Source of the DNA: Euprymna scolopes
Taxonomy: Eukaryota
NCBI GenBank assembly: GCA_053919585.1
Contig: CM132794.1
Direction: 5' to 3' (one strand)
DNA: 64,000 nt
Part shown: piece after piece, positions 41,667 through 53,933 of the stretch
Layout of the letters: the number at the start of each line of letters is the position of its first letter
How positions within the stretch are numbered: the first letter of the stretch is position 1
Translations under genes and position numbers: made by a program
Notes under the pieces: model-generated
Told to the model about the DNA's origin: nothing
What the model saw: only the letters and a program-made list of their open reading frames with translations
Database searches by the model: none

Positions 41667-42124
41667 TTATTGAGATTGTCAGAGTGGTTTCCTCATCTTG
41701 CTTGTTATAGTCACAACAGGTCGGCCGTTTTTTCCTCCGGCCTTCATCAGGTGTTTTGTATCGAACTGGGGGACCGTTTGTTAGGAGTCTCGAACCCAAA
41801 CCTTTATTATCCTAGTGATATATGGCAGAGGTGTCCTAGACGTTGTATCAAAGTTTACAGTTACCCGAATGTGCTGAGTTCAATCCTGAACGAAGACAGT
41901 GAAAACTAACATTCAAAACAGAGAATCACCAACTATGTCTCAGAGCTTAGCTGGAGTCCGAACACGGTACCCCCGTAATAATAATAACGGGTTGGCTTCG
42001 AAACTCCTAATAATCGGTTCCCCAGTTCGATACAGAACACCTGATGAATACCGAAGGGCAAAACGGCCGAAACGTTGTGACTATAACAACCAAGATGCGG
42101 AAGTCAGTCCGACAATCTCAATAA
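41667..42124. mobile_element. Palindromic short element: ~144-bp inverted arms each with a minimal hammerhead motif, tRNA-like A/B boxes in the spacer
   Basis: Arms 41667-41810 and 41981-42124 are reverse complements (about 80% by eye). HHR motifs at 41712-41753 (-) and 42038-42079 (+). Spacer has TGGCAGAGGTG (41823) and GAGTTCAATCC (41876). Confidence 0.75.
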
Positions 42125-44128
42125 CTGAAAACATCTCATCTAAAAAATACAGGCAATTACTAAGCAATTGTTGTATTTATATTATAATAGCGAACGAAAT
42201 ATGGACTTCACGCGCAACTACAGTACCTACGTAATTGTCATGGAGAAAATGCTACCATATACAAAAAAAAAAACGAGAAACCAAAAGATAGAAAAGTAAT
42301 TCTTGAAAAAAAAAAGTGAAATTGTTGATTACGAGCGAAATGCGACAGAAATAATATGTTCTTTTGCATTTAACAATCCACGCTGAAACAATAACATTAA
42401 TATTTAGGAACTTATTATTTAACCTTGGAAAGGAGAATGTATTTTGTAATGATTTATTTTAACCTAACAGTTTAATAAAATATGATAGCCAAAAATTTGA
42501 ATTTAACTTCAAAATACAATTTAATAATAAGCCCAGGTCTTTACATGCATAGCCACTAAATAACGTTTATTTTATCAAACTACAATTTAAAACACATTTA
42601 TTGCATCAAAAGTTAAAGCACTATTATACGGGCGGGAACATTTTGCCTTGTTCTGTCTCATTGAATGAGCGATAGAGGCTCAACTTTGAACAGATACAAT
42701 AATGAAAAGTAAATTTTTATGGTGTAAATTTAATTTTTATTAAAATTTAGTTTTATCTTTCAGCGACTTCTTTCCTTTCAATCAAAATATTTTTTAAAAA
42801 ATTCATTGATGCTTCAATTCAGAAAATGTGTTAAAATTGTTTGCAAAAAAATCCAGTGTTGCTTCATTTTTTAATTCTATTTTCTTACGAAGAGTATCCG
42901 TTAAATTGGTTTAAAAAATTGAATGTTTCTATTTACTTAGCTCATCGGTATGATTAAGTAAGAAAAACATCGATTTTAATGTAAGGGAAGGAAGAGAAAT
43001 AAAAATTGCCTCAGTCCAAAATGATTATTATCCCACTGATCGATTACCAAAAAAGGACAAGTAATGTTGTTTTATTTAAGATTTTTTCTTTCAATAAATA
43101 TTATTGTTCATTTTATTTTGATACATTGTTTTACAATAAGATTTGTTTTTCAATTCGTTAATTTTTACGTTATTTACACAAGAAAATATTATCTGAATTT
43201 TATACGAGAAAACTATCCAATCCTAAATACAGTGTTTAACTGTGTTGCTCTATTTTTCCGGCATTATTTAGAAGCCTATTATTTAACATGGACTGTGAGT
43301 GTATTGTAACTATTTCAATAAGAATTGTAGTAATCGGCCCTAACAATGCCGTCGTCCCCATAATGCGTAAGTGCCAAAAAACAATTTCCGTTCAAAGTTA
43401 ACGTAGATTTAATATCCTACACAAAGAGTAATTTTTTTTAAATTTTTCTTCCAAGCCAGGGTGTCCTTTTGGAAAACAATATTTTCTCCACGTTAATAAC
43501 CAACCTTGTATTTAAATCTACCCTCATGGGGAGGCAAGGCAATAGGAATACATTAAGAAAAGAAACCATTAAAACCTAAAGGAAATTACATAATATTTTT
43601 ATCAGATATGTATATTCATATAGGCACCTCCAAAACTGGGGGGGGGTAGGTAAGTACTTTTTGACGGATCGTCTTTTTAAAAAATCTACTAAAAATCAGG
43701 TAATTATTCGATCAATACGAAATTTTCAGCGATTATTAAGAGAAGAATGAACTTTAGAACCGTCTACTTATTTTTCATAAACGATATTATATATATATAT
43801 ATTTGCTTACAACCCCCATTGCTTTGAGGGGGTACAAATATGCTTAAAATAATGATCTGAAACGTAACACAACATAATGTGTTGTTGCAAGGGACAGAAT
43901 TATAGATTTTAAAAAAAAGTGTTTGCATACCTTATTTTGACGTATTAATATCAGAACTTCGATTGTGTTTAATTATCCCGCTTTTGAGTGTTGAAGTGTG
44001 AAATTCGGTGAATATGTTAAGTAAAATAATTAATTAAAGTTAAGCAAAAAAAATATTTATACGAAAAAAAACATTTTAAAATATTTGATAATTTTTTTTT
44101 ACCGAGCCGAATAATGCCTGACCATTAT

Positions 44129-45797
44129 TAAACAAGGCATACTATGAAGAATCGATACAAGAAATCGATAAATATTGTACCCTTTGTGTTAAAAATATCA
44201 TCTTTTTTTCGATCCCGTTTGAAAACGTTTGCCACCTTTCGACTACGGTGGACCAAACGCGCTGAAATATATTTTTATTATTCTGCTTGAAATTGGTCCC
44301 CCCATTTTGGGGAGTCTGGCCCCCACACACATACACATTAAAAACCAAACTCATACAAATGGTCACCCATCTGGTACTGGCCAGCATCAGTGTTAATAAT
44401 ACATTTAAATTTTCGTCACTGAAAAAAAAGTTTTTTTGGCCTGTTTGGTCTTCCATAGTTTGCTTTTTATCAAATACAAGCGTAAACATTGTCGAACTAG
44501 ACTCTAGATCGACGCGAAGTAACTGGTTGCCTATATGAATAAGTGGAATTATTTGAAATCCAGGTACTTATATTAGAATATTTTTGCATATTCTCATAGA
44601 AAATCATCCTTAATCTTAGACAACAAATAAATCAATTAATTATCTCAAAAACATCTTTCGTTTAATATTCATGTACGTTTTTTATGCAAGACAAAAAATA
44701 TCATTTGTTAACTTTTACGGAAAATTTAAAATTTAAAATTTAATTATAAATAGTAGAAAACGTTTTACATTATTCTATTTTCTATATGATGAAAGTCAGG
44801 GTTTTATCCTTCTGGAAAAAAAAAGTTACTCAGAAATAATGGATTTTAATAAATGTAATTTCGGTTTAAAAACAACAACAACTTCATTTTCCGGCCATTT
44901 TTGGCAGTGCCGATATTTATAAGACAGAGAAACAAATACATCAGATATTTAATTTTGATTTAAAAAAAAAAAATACACGTTTTTTTAACCCTTTTTTACC
45001 CCTGGGCAAAAAATCAAATTTTTTTTAGGGTCAAATTTAACATTCCTGAATAAATCTTTATGTGATCTTTCTTTGCGTGATTTTCAAAATAATCTAATGA
45101 TCGGAAAAGTTTCTATGTAGCAAAAAGTAACGTTTTGGTCAATTTCGAACGCTTTTAACCACCTAGAGACGCAAACAGAGTTTTTTTTCTAGTGTGAAAT
45201 ATAAGATTTTCAAATGTATACCCACATGGTATTTCTTTTGCGAAATCTTAAACAAAATCTACTTATCTGAACAGATTCGATGCCCCGAATTCTATTACCG
45301 CTTTGATCCACTGCGGATGCAAGCAGAATGTCCCCAACCTTAAATATTACGTTTCTGGGTGTATATTTACTTGGCATAGACTTTTGGTAATTTTTTTGGA
45401 AAATATAATTGTCAGAACAGATTCTATATCCCGAAAACATTTTGCCCTTTTTTAGCAAGATATCACCATATTAACTCCTTTTTTCCCTCCCAAAATAAAA
45501 TATTATGTTTTCAGGTGTATATCCAAATGATCTTTTTGGGGGAAATTTTCAGCAAAATCTAAAACTATTCTATGTACTCCAATTTGCTATTTTCGGCCAT
45601 TTGGACCGCTTTTGAAAACACAAAGAACATTTTTATTAAAAAAATCCATGTTACATTTGATCATTTTCCTAGTTGTAACATTATGCAAACTTAAAGAACA
45701 ATGTAATTAGAAGTCATTGTGGATTATTTGATCGAACGGATAGATAGGCAAGGGTGAATTCTAAGGTCCAAATCCAGCTGAGTCGGTGGGCCAATAT
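44129..45797 (+). mobile_element. Probable non-autonomous Helentron-like (HINE) element; boundaries approximate
   Basis: Begins AAACAAGG, non-coding internally repetitive body, ends CGGATAGATAGGCAAGGGTGAA...GTCGGTGGGCCAATA, like the end at 11930-12012. Confidence 0.4.
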
Positions 45798-46025
45798 TTC
45801 CATAATAAAGCCAGTCGTTGCCTGTTTATCAATGCACTGTTAACTCTTGTCTTGGCCTATAATTGCAAAATAGTGGCAAACAGTTCTTCTTCACGAATCA
45901 TGCGAAGAATTGCCTATATTAAGACTGTCTGCAAACATTGTAATAACGATATGGTCTTAAGAATAAAATATAGGCAATATATTCTCTAAGTATCTTTCTA
46001 TGGCTTCCTTCTTTCACTTTCTCTG

Positions 46026-46082
<57 letters not shown>

Positions 46083-46149
46083 GTATGTTATCATATACGC
46101 ATACAATATTATAAAGTATTTATAAACGCACACGCTCGCATATATATAA

Positions 46150-46187
<38 letters not shown>

Positions 46188-46999
46188 CCACTATCAAACT
46201 ATTATATCTAAACTGCAAATTATATATTTGTTAATTTAGATTTAACAAGTTATTTCATAAGGAAGATTAATAGTAAAAAAACACATTTAAGCCAGGCATT
46301 TCGAAGCCTAATATTTTGACTTAATTAAATAGAACAAATAACGTTTGGTATACCTTCAGCCTTATATTCATACAATATCATATCTTGCGAACTTTACTTT
46401 TTATTATATTGTCATCTAATAATAATACACTAAAACATATCCCATGTATATATCTTATATACATTAATTTTTTATCAACATATCCACCCTTATTTGAAAT
46501 GGATTATAGCACCCTTTTCTCCCACGAGTAATCCAATTTTGTGCCCTTAAAATAGTTTGTGGCTTTTGTACTACTATATTTCACAAGGCATCCTTACAAG
46601 GCAATTGCCTTCCTCACTTATAAACTCCTTTGATAATTACTATGATATCCGATAGGGTTAAGGTCTGAATAACACAGTGGTTAGGTCATGAGAGTTTCCC
46701 CAAGGAAGAAAAGTGATTAAAGGAAAGCTGAAATCGCCCCAAACACAATTGGAGTGTACATTGTCTTGTTTAAAAATTATCGGAAAAGGATGTGGCAATG
46801 GTAGGTCATCTAGTCATGTGGCCAAATTATTATGTAAAAATATCCTGCACGCATTGCTGGTAAATTTTCCACTCTCTGGCACTCGGCATGGGCCATCCAA
46901 CGTATTCCTAATGATTCTTGACCAAAATATTATGCCTGTACCTCCTTGTTGGCGATTAACTCTTTAACGGGTCGAAGTTCCGATCGGGTTTTAAACTTT

Positions 47000-47450
47000 G
47001 ATCCATTTATCCAGACCGTAAAGTGTAGCATGGGTCTCATCCCTAAATATGAGCTGATGAAAATACATTTAAATGCAATACTGTGTCCAAGCAATTAGTT
47101 GTACCATATGTTGTTTGCTCAAGTGAGGCCTTGGAAAAGGTTTGATGTTTCTTGCTTTCTCATTCAACACATTGTATCCGGCCTGCTTGGATCTTGAAGC
47201 GATTCAAGCTTTTTCAAAAATGGAAACACTGTGCTGTTTGTGTTGCGCTTGGCTTCCCTACGAATTTTCCAAATATAACGATCTTAAATGTTGCTCCTGG
47301 ACCCCTTATCATTTGGTATTTGGTGTTCGGGTCCTTCAAGAATAAGGCCAAGGTTATTGAATCCCTTTTCAGACCTGTGGCTAAATCCTTAATGTACAAT
47401 ACTCGTGCGAGTCCAGCAACTATTCTTTTACTTTTCGATAAGATTTAATC
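47000..47450 (-). mobile_element. Possible LINE ORF1 (zinc-knuckle) relic
   Basis: Minus translation QTAQCFHF*K...IQCVE...H resembles decayed CCHC knuckles. Confidence 0.25.
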
Positions 47451-47719
47451 CGTTGATTTTTGACATTTTAAGAGATCTGCAAAAAAGCGGCGGTGCGTAT
47501 AATTTCCTTAATATTAAATAAAATGTCGTAACTTCGTGTATATAACATTACTTTGAATAAAATTGGAAGGGAATAACTAACCTTAAGCAGCCCTTTCATG
47601 GTAGAGGTTTTATATTTTTGTGACGCATATTTAGTGAAATATTGATATTTTACAAATCAGTAATAAAGTGATTACCACAGTATATATACAAGTTACTCCT
47701 AAGAATATCCTTAAAATCT

Positions 47720-48180
47720 CCATAGCTTTACAAGGCCCATGTATGGAGTATTGTCTACACACTTGGACAGGTGCGAATAGTCTTTCCTTCTCAGACATTG
47801 TCCAACAAAGAGTCGCCAAATTAATATGTCTTGCATTTCCAGTAAAGTTTAGACCGCTGTTCCATCAACGAAATTTTGCAACTCTTTCCCTGTTTTACAA
47901 TATTATAACTCTTCTTACAGAACTACAAAACAGTGTTATTCTTAACGTAAATACCCTTCACACTATCAATAAGCAGAAAATCCCTTCTAATCGTTTTTGA
48001 GAACTGCTAGACTACGTCTTTCTTGACCTTGATTCCTGGACTTTAGTGGCATGTAGAATTTCACATGTAATGTAGACATACAGCTTGCTACTAATCTCCC
48101 CACATAGTAACACTTAAGAGAGTAGCGCCTAATGAGGCACTTTACTGTGTTTTGGCTGGAAATGCAAAAATAAAAAAAAA
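47720..48180 (+). mobile_element. Old CR1-group LINE 3' fragment
   Basis: PCMEYCLHTWTGA..DIVQQR..RPLFHQRNFATLSLFY is homologous to 34358-34813. A-rich tail near 48166-48180. Confidence 0.75.
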
Positions 48181-48638
48181 TGAAAAATATAATAGCAGTC
48201 CGCCCAGAGTTTCCTAGCTGTTATCTACGCTTAAATATGTTATATTAATTAATGAAGATTTCCTATATATTTATTCTGGGTAAATTCCCTAAAGATTAAT
48301 AGGTCATACCAACTCGTTAAAAGTATTCATTTCGGTGCCATCATCTGGAATCGAAAGAAAAACAGTAAGCGCTCCAGTGTTAGTCTTTATTCAAATTTTA
48401 AATCGATTTCAAGCTTAAAATGTGTATCTACGTATGCTCTGAAATTAGTTGATTTACATCTGCAAAGATTCATATTTTAATTACATTTTAACTCCCTAAC
48501 GGCTATTGTCAGAGGTTAATAACCTAAGCGAAATTGAGACATATATTCTAATATATTTTCTATCCAATTCCAAATATATGATTCCATTATCCCGAGATGA
48601 GGTTAAAAAAGGGTGGTCGCATACACAGTAACATGGGC

Positions 48639-48701
<63 letters not shown>

Positions 48702-49241
48702 CTGACCTACCATTGCCACATCCTTTTCCGATTATTTTTATATATGACAATGTACACTCCCATTGTGTTTAGGGCGNNNNNNNNNNNNNNNNNNNNNNNN
48801 NNNNNNNNNNNNNNNNNNNNNNNNNNNNNNNNNNNNNNNNNNNNNNNNNNNNNNNNNNNNNNNNNNNNNNNNNNNNNNNNNNNNNNNNNNNNNNNNNNNN
48901 NNNNNNNNNNNNNNNNNNNNNNNNNNNNNNNNNNNNNNNNNNNNNNNNNNNNNNGGTAAAAAGGTCATATGCTGAAACGTTATCTTCATGAAGTCTACTG
49001 AATTATAATTTATAAAAAACCCTTTAATAGTTAATTGTAACAAACAATCTAATAAAAACGCATACAAAATGAATTAAGAAAAAATGACTTTGTTGTTTGG
49101 TGAGATCTAAAAATTAGTTCATCTTTATATAGTTGTCCGCATATTACTGACTCCGTATAAGCAGACGAGCTTTTAAATAATGTAAAAATGAAAAAGGTAG
49201 AATTTTAATATTAATGGTGGAGCGAGTAAAACCTAACTCCA

Positions 49242-49310
<69 letters not shown>

Positions 49311-50123
49311 TGTGTGTGTGTGTGTGTGCATGCGGATGTTCATTTCTTATATTTCAAGGGGCCCTCGGTTTGGATAACCAGAATATAGGGAAAAAAATAT
49401 TTAAATAAGAGCGTTGGAAAAACTGGGCATTTGTTCTTTGGGGTGCGTTCATTCGCTGCATCAATGTTGGAGAAAATTTCACGTGAATATTTGTCACCGG
49501 TTGTGCAAGAATAATGCTGCACTTTCTTTTGTGTTTCAAGTATTAAAATTTGTAAAGTATTTATGTAAATTCCTACTGCTTATAAACTATACGCAATTAA
49601 ACACAAGACAAACAAACAGAGTATCTTGGCAGAAGTAGTCGACCACTCTTGTTTTTATGAATAAATCAACGCTCATAAGTCTAACAACATAATGCGTGTC
49701 TATGAATATGTAACTCGCACGCTTACGAATGCAATTAGAGAGTTGCAGCGTAAGGTTTCCATCTTAGCTAATCGCACCCAAGTTATGTTGTTTTTTTTTA
49801 ATGTGTTTTTTTATATAACGTCTATATATAAGAAACAATATAATAGCCGATATAAATTATGTTCTATAATAATATTGGACAATTTTCAGGGATTAATACA
49901 TACTTAAGTTTGTATAACGACCGCCAAAGCCGCACAGTCTGCTAGTTTAAATAACTTAAAGAACATTTTGAATATTATGCCCGGAGCTTCATACACATAT
50001 TTCGCAATCTATGGATCAAATTATTAAAAAAGTATGTTTTAAACTAGGCAGTGATTTCCCATAGACAATTCTGACGTTGCCTTTCAAGACGTCTATTTTT
50101 TCTTATTTAAAGACGTGCACATG

Positions 50124-50192
<69 letters not shown>

Positions 50193-50549
50193 GTAGATTA
50201 AAACATATAGAATGCGTTTTGAATTTCGTATTATTATCCATTCATCAATTCTTACTTCGGTTTATTAAGCGGATTACCCTGCATCTACCTGATAAATTTT
50301 ACAACGAACTGATCTCGAATAAAGGATACTGCCGAAATCTGCAAAAAAATATAAAATATTGTTCATTTTTAGTTCACTTCCGATTAAAATTCAAGAAATA
50401 TTCATTTACGGAATAAGAAGTTTTATGCTACGCTATTATATTGTCAGAAAAAAAAGAAAAACATTTGAAAAGGGAAAAATTTTCCGAAATTAATAATGGA
50501 ATACGTCGCATAGACTTACAAGTAATACATTTTACCATACAACTGAATA

Positions 50550-50601
<52 letters not shown>

Positions 50602-50743
50602 CTTATTGATTTGTAAATCGCTACTTGTTCTCGTCTCCTCTTACCAAATCCGACTATAATTCATTCCTCGCATTGTGACAGCCTTCTAAATCTCTTTTAC
50701 ACACCTATCCCACACAATGCTTCAAGCAAAGTACATATCAATC

Positions 50744-50790
<47 letters not shown>

Positions 50791-50949
50791 TATTATATAC
50801 TCATATTTTATATGTGTTTCCATGTGTACGTATGTGTGTGATTGCCTCTTTTTATTGAAACCGGTGCAGATCTCATTTTAGTATCTCCGTTGTTCCCTTA
50901 AGTGAAATATTGTGATCTCTTTTACACTTAGTTCATCAGTAACAATGGT

Positions 50950-52845
50950 TTGCTAGGACTTCAGGTTCTTTTTCATAAGCCCTGTCCAACTATAATGATT
51001 GGTACTATTTATATCTCCCTGAGATTCCAATTTCTTTTAATATCATACATTAACCATTGATATATGGTGTGTTTCTCTCTGCCAGTTCTGTTCAGACCTC
51101 CATCATGAAGGACACTCACTTCAATCAAGGTTGCAAATCTCTGTAACATATTCCATACACCTATGTCAAGTTTCACAGCAGCAATTTCAAGGCAGGTGGC
51201 TCTACGGATTACATTGTATGATATGTAAGTCATTTCCAAATTAATTCAGGTTGATTTTCACAGGAATTACTTTTACACTTGATGTTTAATATTTCCACGT
51301 TTTCCAATGGAGGTACTTACATACTCCATCATGTCTTGCTTAGTAGTAGTTATCCCCCAAAACTACCGTAAAACTTAATACCAAATTGCTCACACTTTCG
51401 AAATCGGTGCAGCAGAATCTGCCTTTGTTGTCATTAATGAGATCTACAATCTTCTTGCATGCATCATTCCCTGGTGTTGAGCAGCCATTTTAACCCCTTT
51501 CTGATCGTGGTGGAGGGCTTCCCTTTTGAGCCAGTCTAAGGATCCTTATTTGTCTATGTAATCATGAGATAGTTCCACCAGGAAATACTTTGCACGCTGA
51601 TGTGTGCCCCACTCTTCAAGGTTCCTCCTTTGGAAGGTCTCGGTACACTTAAGCCAGCTATTTCTTGCTATTTCTGTGTCAGGCCTGTTTAGTGTTTCAG
51701 CCTTATCTGTTAGACACCCCTGACAGAAATTTTTGACAACCTGTGGGACTGATATTGTTCTGCTGGATCTTGCCTCTTGATGTTCATAGATTATTGAGAG
51801 GGTGTGGTCTTGGGAGCTTCTCATATACTGGCATGTTCTCACAATCGTTGCCCTATATTAGTGATTGATCTCCGAGAGGGCCAGTCCTTCTTTCTCCTCT
51901 GAGCAAATACAGTCTAGGTGGACACTGATTTTTACATATAATTTTATGAAGCGTTAGTAGGTTCCGTGTTTTACATCTAGCCGGGCGATGTAGCTTTGTG
52001 ACCAGTCCAAACTATAGGTTGATACTGGCATGGCAAACTGGTTGATGGCAGTTATTTTATTTTTATTTGTAAGCTGTTTTTTGAAGATCTTTTTCACAGG
52101 GCGTACCTACTTTTTCCAATATGCTCCCTCCTCTTGGCATGTTGTATGGTGTCATTTTCTTCAATGAATTGATAAAGCTCGTGTCTTCTAGATCTTTGAT
52201 TTCGATGTTTTCATTTAGCTGCATATTTTCTGCGTTGATCTTCTTCCCAGCCCTGAGTGCACACTTGGCACATTTATCAATGTGAAACTTCATTCCGGTG
52301 TCATTGAAAAGGTGTGTCCTATGCGCAGAAGCTGGTGCATATCGGTGTAAGATTTGGCATACAGTTTTAGATCAAGCATAAAGAGCAAATGGTTTACTCT
52401 CTCGCTTGGAGCTCGATGGCGTCCCTGACTCTAATTGTAACCGCACCGATTGTAAATCAGGATCATGCTGAGTCGGTCTATTGCCATACAGAAAAGTAAT
52501 GGAGATAAACTGGCACCTTGTAATGTTCCGCTCTTGAAATTTACTTAAGGGGTGAGTGGCTGTCCTACATTGTGACTTATGCTATGGTGATTTACGACAT
52601 CTTAATGTGAGCCGCTAGTGTTTGTTTTATTACCAGGTTGATCTTGTATAACTCAAGACACCGAAGTAGTCATGATTTTATGTGTCTGTGTTTTTGTGCC
52701 TGTAAAGTGCTTTTGTGTTGCATTACATGTGCGATCTCTTGAGTCAATATGCGATGTGAGCTCCGTTTAACGAGTTCACAGCAGAGCTTTAGGAAAAAAT
52801 ATTCACAAGTTAATGTTGCCTAATAAATATTATGATAAACAATAT
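50950..52845 (-). mobile_element. Decayed R4/Dong-type LINE (RT plus C-terminal CCHC/RLE region)
   Basis: Motifs LQGASLSPLLFCMAI, VNHLLFMLDLKLYAK, IDKCA, AINQFAMPVSTYS, RLDVK/TRNLLTLH, SLDWLKRE...AAQHQG and Y..RHD are characteristic of R4-clade ORFs. Confidence 0.75.
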
Positions 52846-53790
52846 TAGTCATGATCCTGTCACTCACATTACAGGGAAGTTCTTCCAGGCTAGAGCGTAT
52901 TGATACCTTTATAGCAGAAGCTACGCCTGATTCCCTCTTACATCCATCCACTCTACCACTCCAGAAAATAGTATAGGCCACAGCCAACTCATAAAATTGC
53001 CCCTCGTCAGCCAGCCTGGTCTAAGACAGAGCAACTATGTCCATGTCATAACGTTGAAGTACCTAAGATACAAGAGCAGATCTACACTCTGGGCGCGTTA
53101 TTGCTGAGGTCAAGTCAAACAGTGTCCGTACATTCCAACAGTCGATGGTCATTGTCATATATTTCCTCGCAGAAGCATGATGACCACCGGGGCAAGGCTG
53201 TGGAACCCTTAAGCATCTGACGGGCTAGGCCCTGGAAGTTCCAGTTCCCTTATTGTCATTTACGTTCATAACCATGTTTGCCAACTTAATTGAATGTTTT
53301 GCCGTTTTAGGCTACAGCCAGCCTTTTTGCTATCAAGATACACGAGATAGTAAAAAGTGTATCTAATTTATATTGAGCAATGCATGTGCATGAGGTTTTT
53401 ATAGAGAGGAGAAACTTTGCACCGAGACAATCCCACTCTCTAAATAACTGCCTCATTGATCAAAAAAGAACAGCAAGTAACATCATTTGATGCAGCAGTC
53501 ATCGCAGGTCTTATATAAGAGTGTTCCTTCTCCCAGAGAGGTTGCCTTCACCAAGGCTTACTGAACCCTCTCCACTCACCCTACTATTTGATCCATAACT
53601 GGGATATAGGTTGCTGGGTACCAGAGCATATTCCACACGCTGGTGGGTTATATATGCCGCAGCTTACAGGGCCTAAGGTCCTCTGGGGATTTCTGTCAGG
53701 GGTACCTCACCCTAAGACTTTGGTTAAATAACTTGGCCCACAAAGCAGTGGAGGTCTAGTTATACGTGCGCGTGGGGTTTATTTGTCTGA
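52846..53790 (-). mobile_element. RTE-clade LINE 5' UTR and N-terminal APE endonuclease fragment
   Basis: MTIDCWNVRTLFD..RPECRSALVS*VLQRYDMDIVALS*TRLADEGQ..AYTIFWSG..ESGVASAIK..VSDRIMT. The 5' UTR contains GGCAACCTCTCTGGGAGAAGGAA. Confidence 0.8.
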
Positions 53791-53861
53791 AAGAAGCACA
53801 GAAAAACGCTAAGACATGTGCGTGCTTCTAACATACGTCCCCACCAGAACTTGATAACTTG

Positions 53862-53925
53862 ATACATACACACGTACATACATACATACGTACATACATA
53901 CAAACATACATACATACATACACAC
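53862..53925. repeat. (CATA)n microsatellite
   Basis: Directly visible. It is the insertion context of the hAT element. Confidence 0.9.
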
Positions 53926-53933
53926 ATGCATAC

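Noticed and set aside
5111-48954. Seven N-runs of about 135-195 nt as possibly masked features
   Set aside because: No sequence is available and at least two abut microsatellites, consistent with assembly gaps.
49917-49946. Helitron-like 3' end (GC-rich segment plus CTAGT); Helitron-like starts near 13472 and 40250
   Set aside because: The hairpin is weak and matching ends could not be paired, so no element can be delimited.
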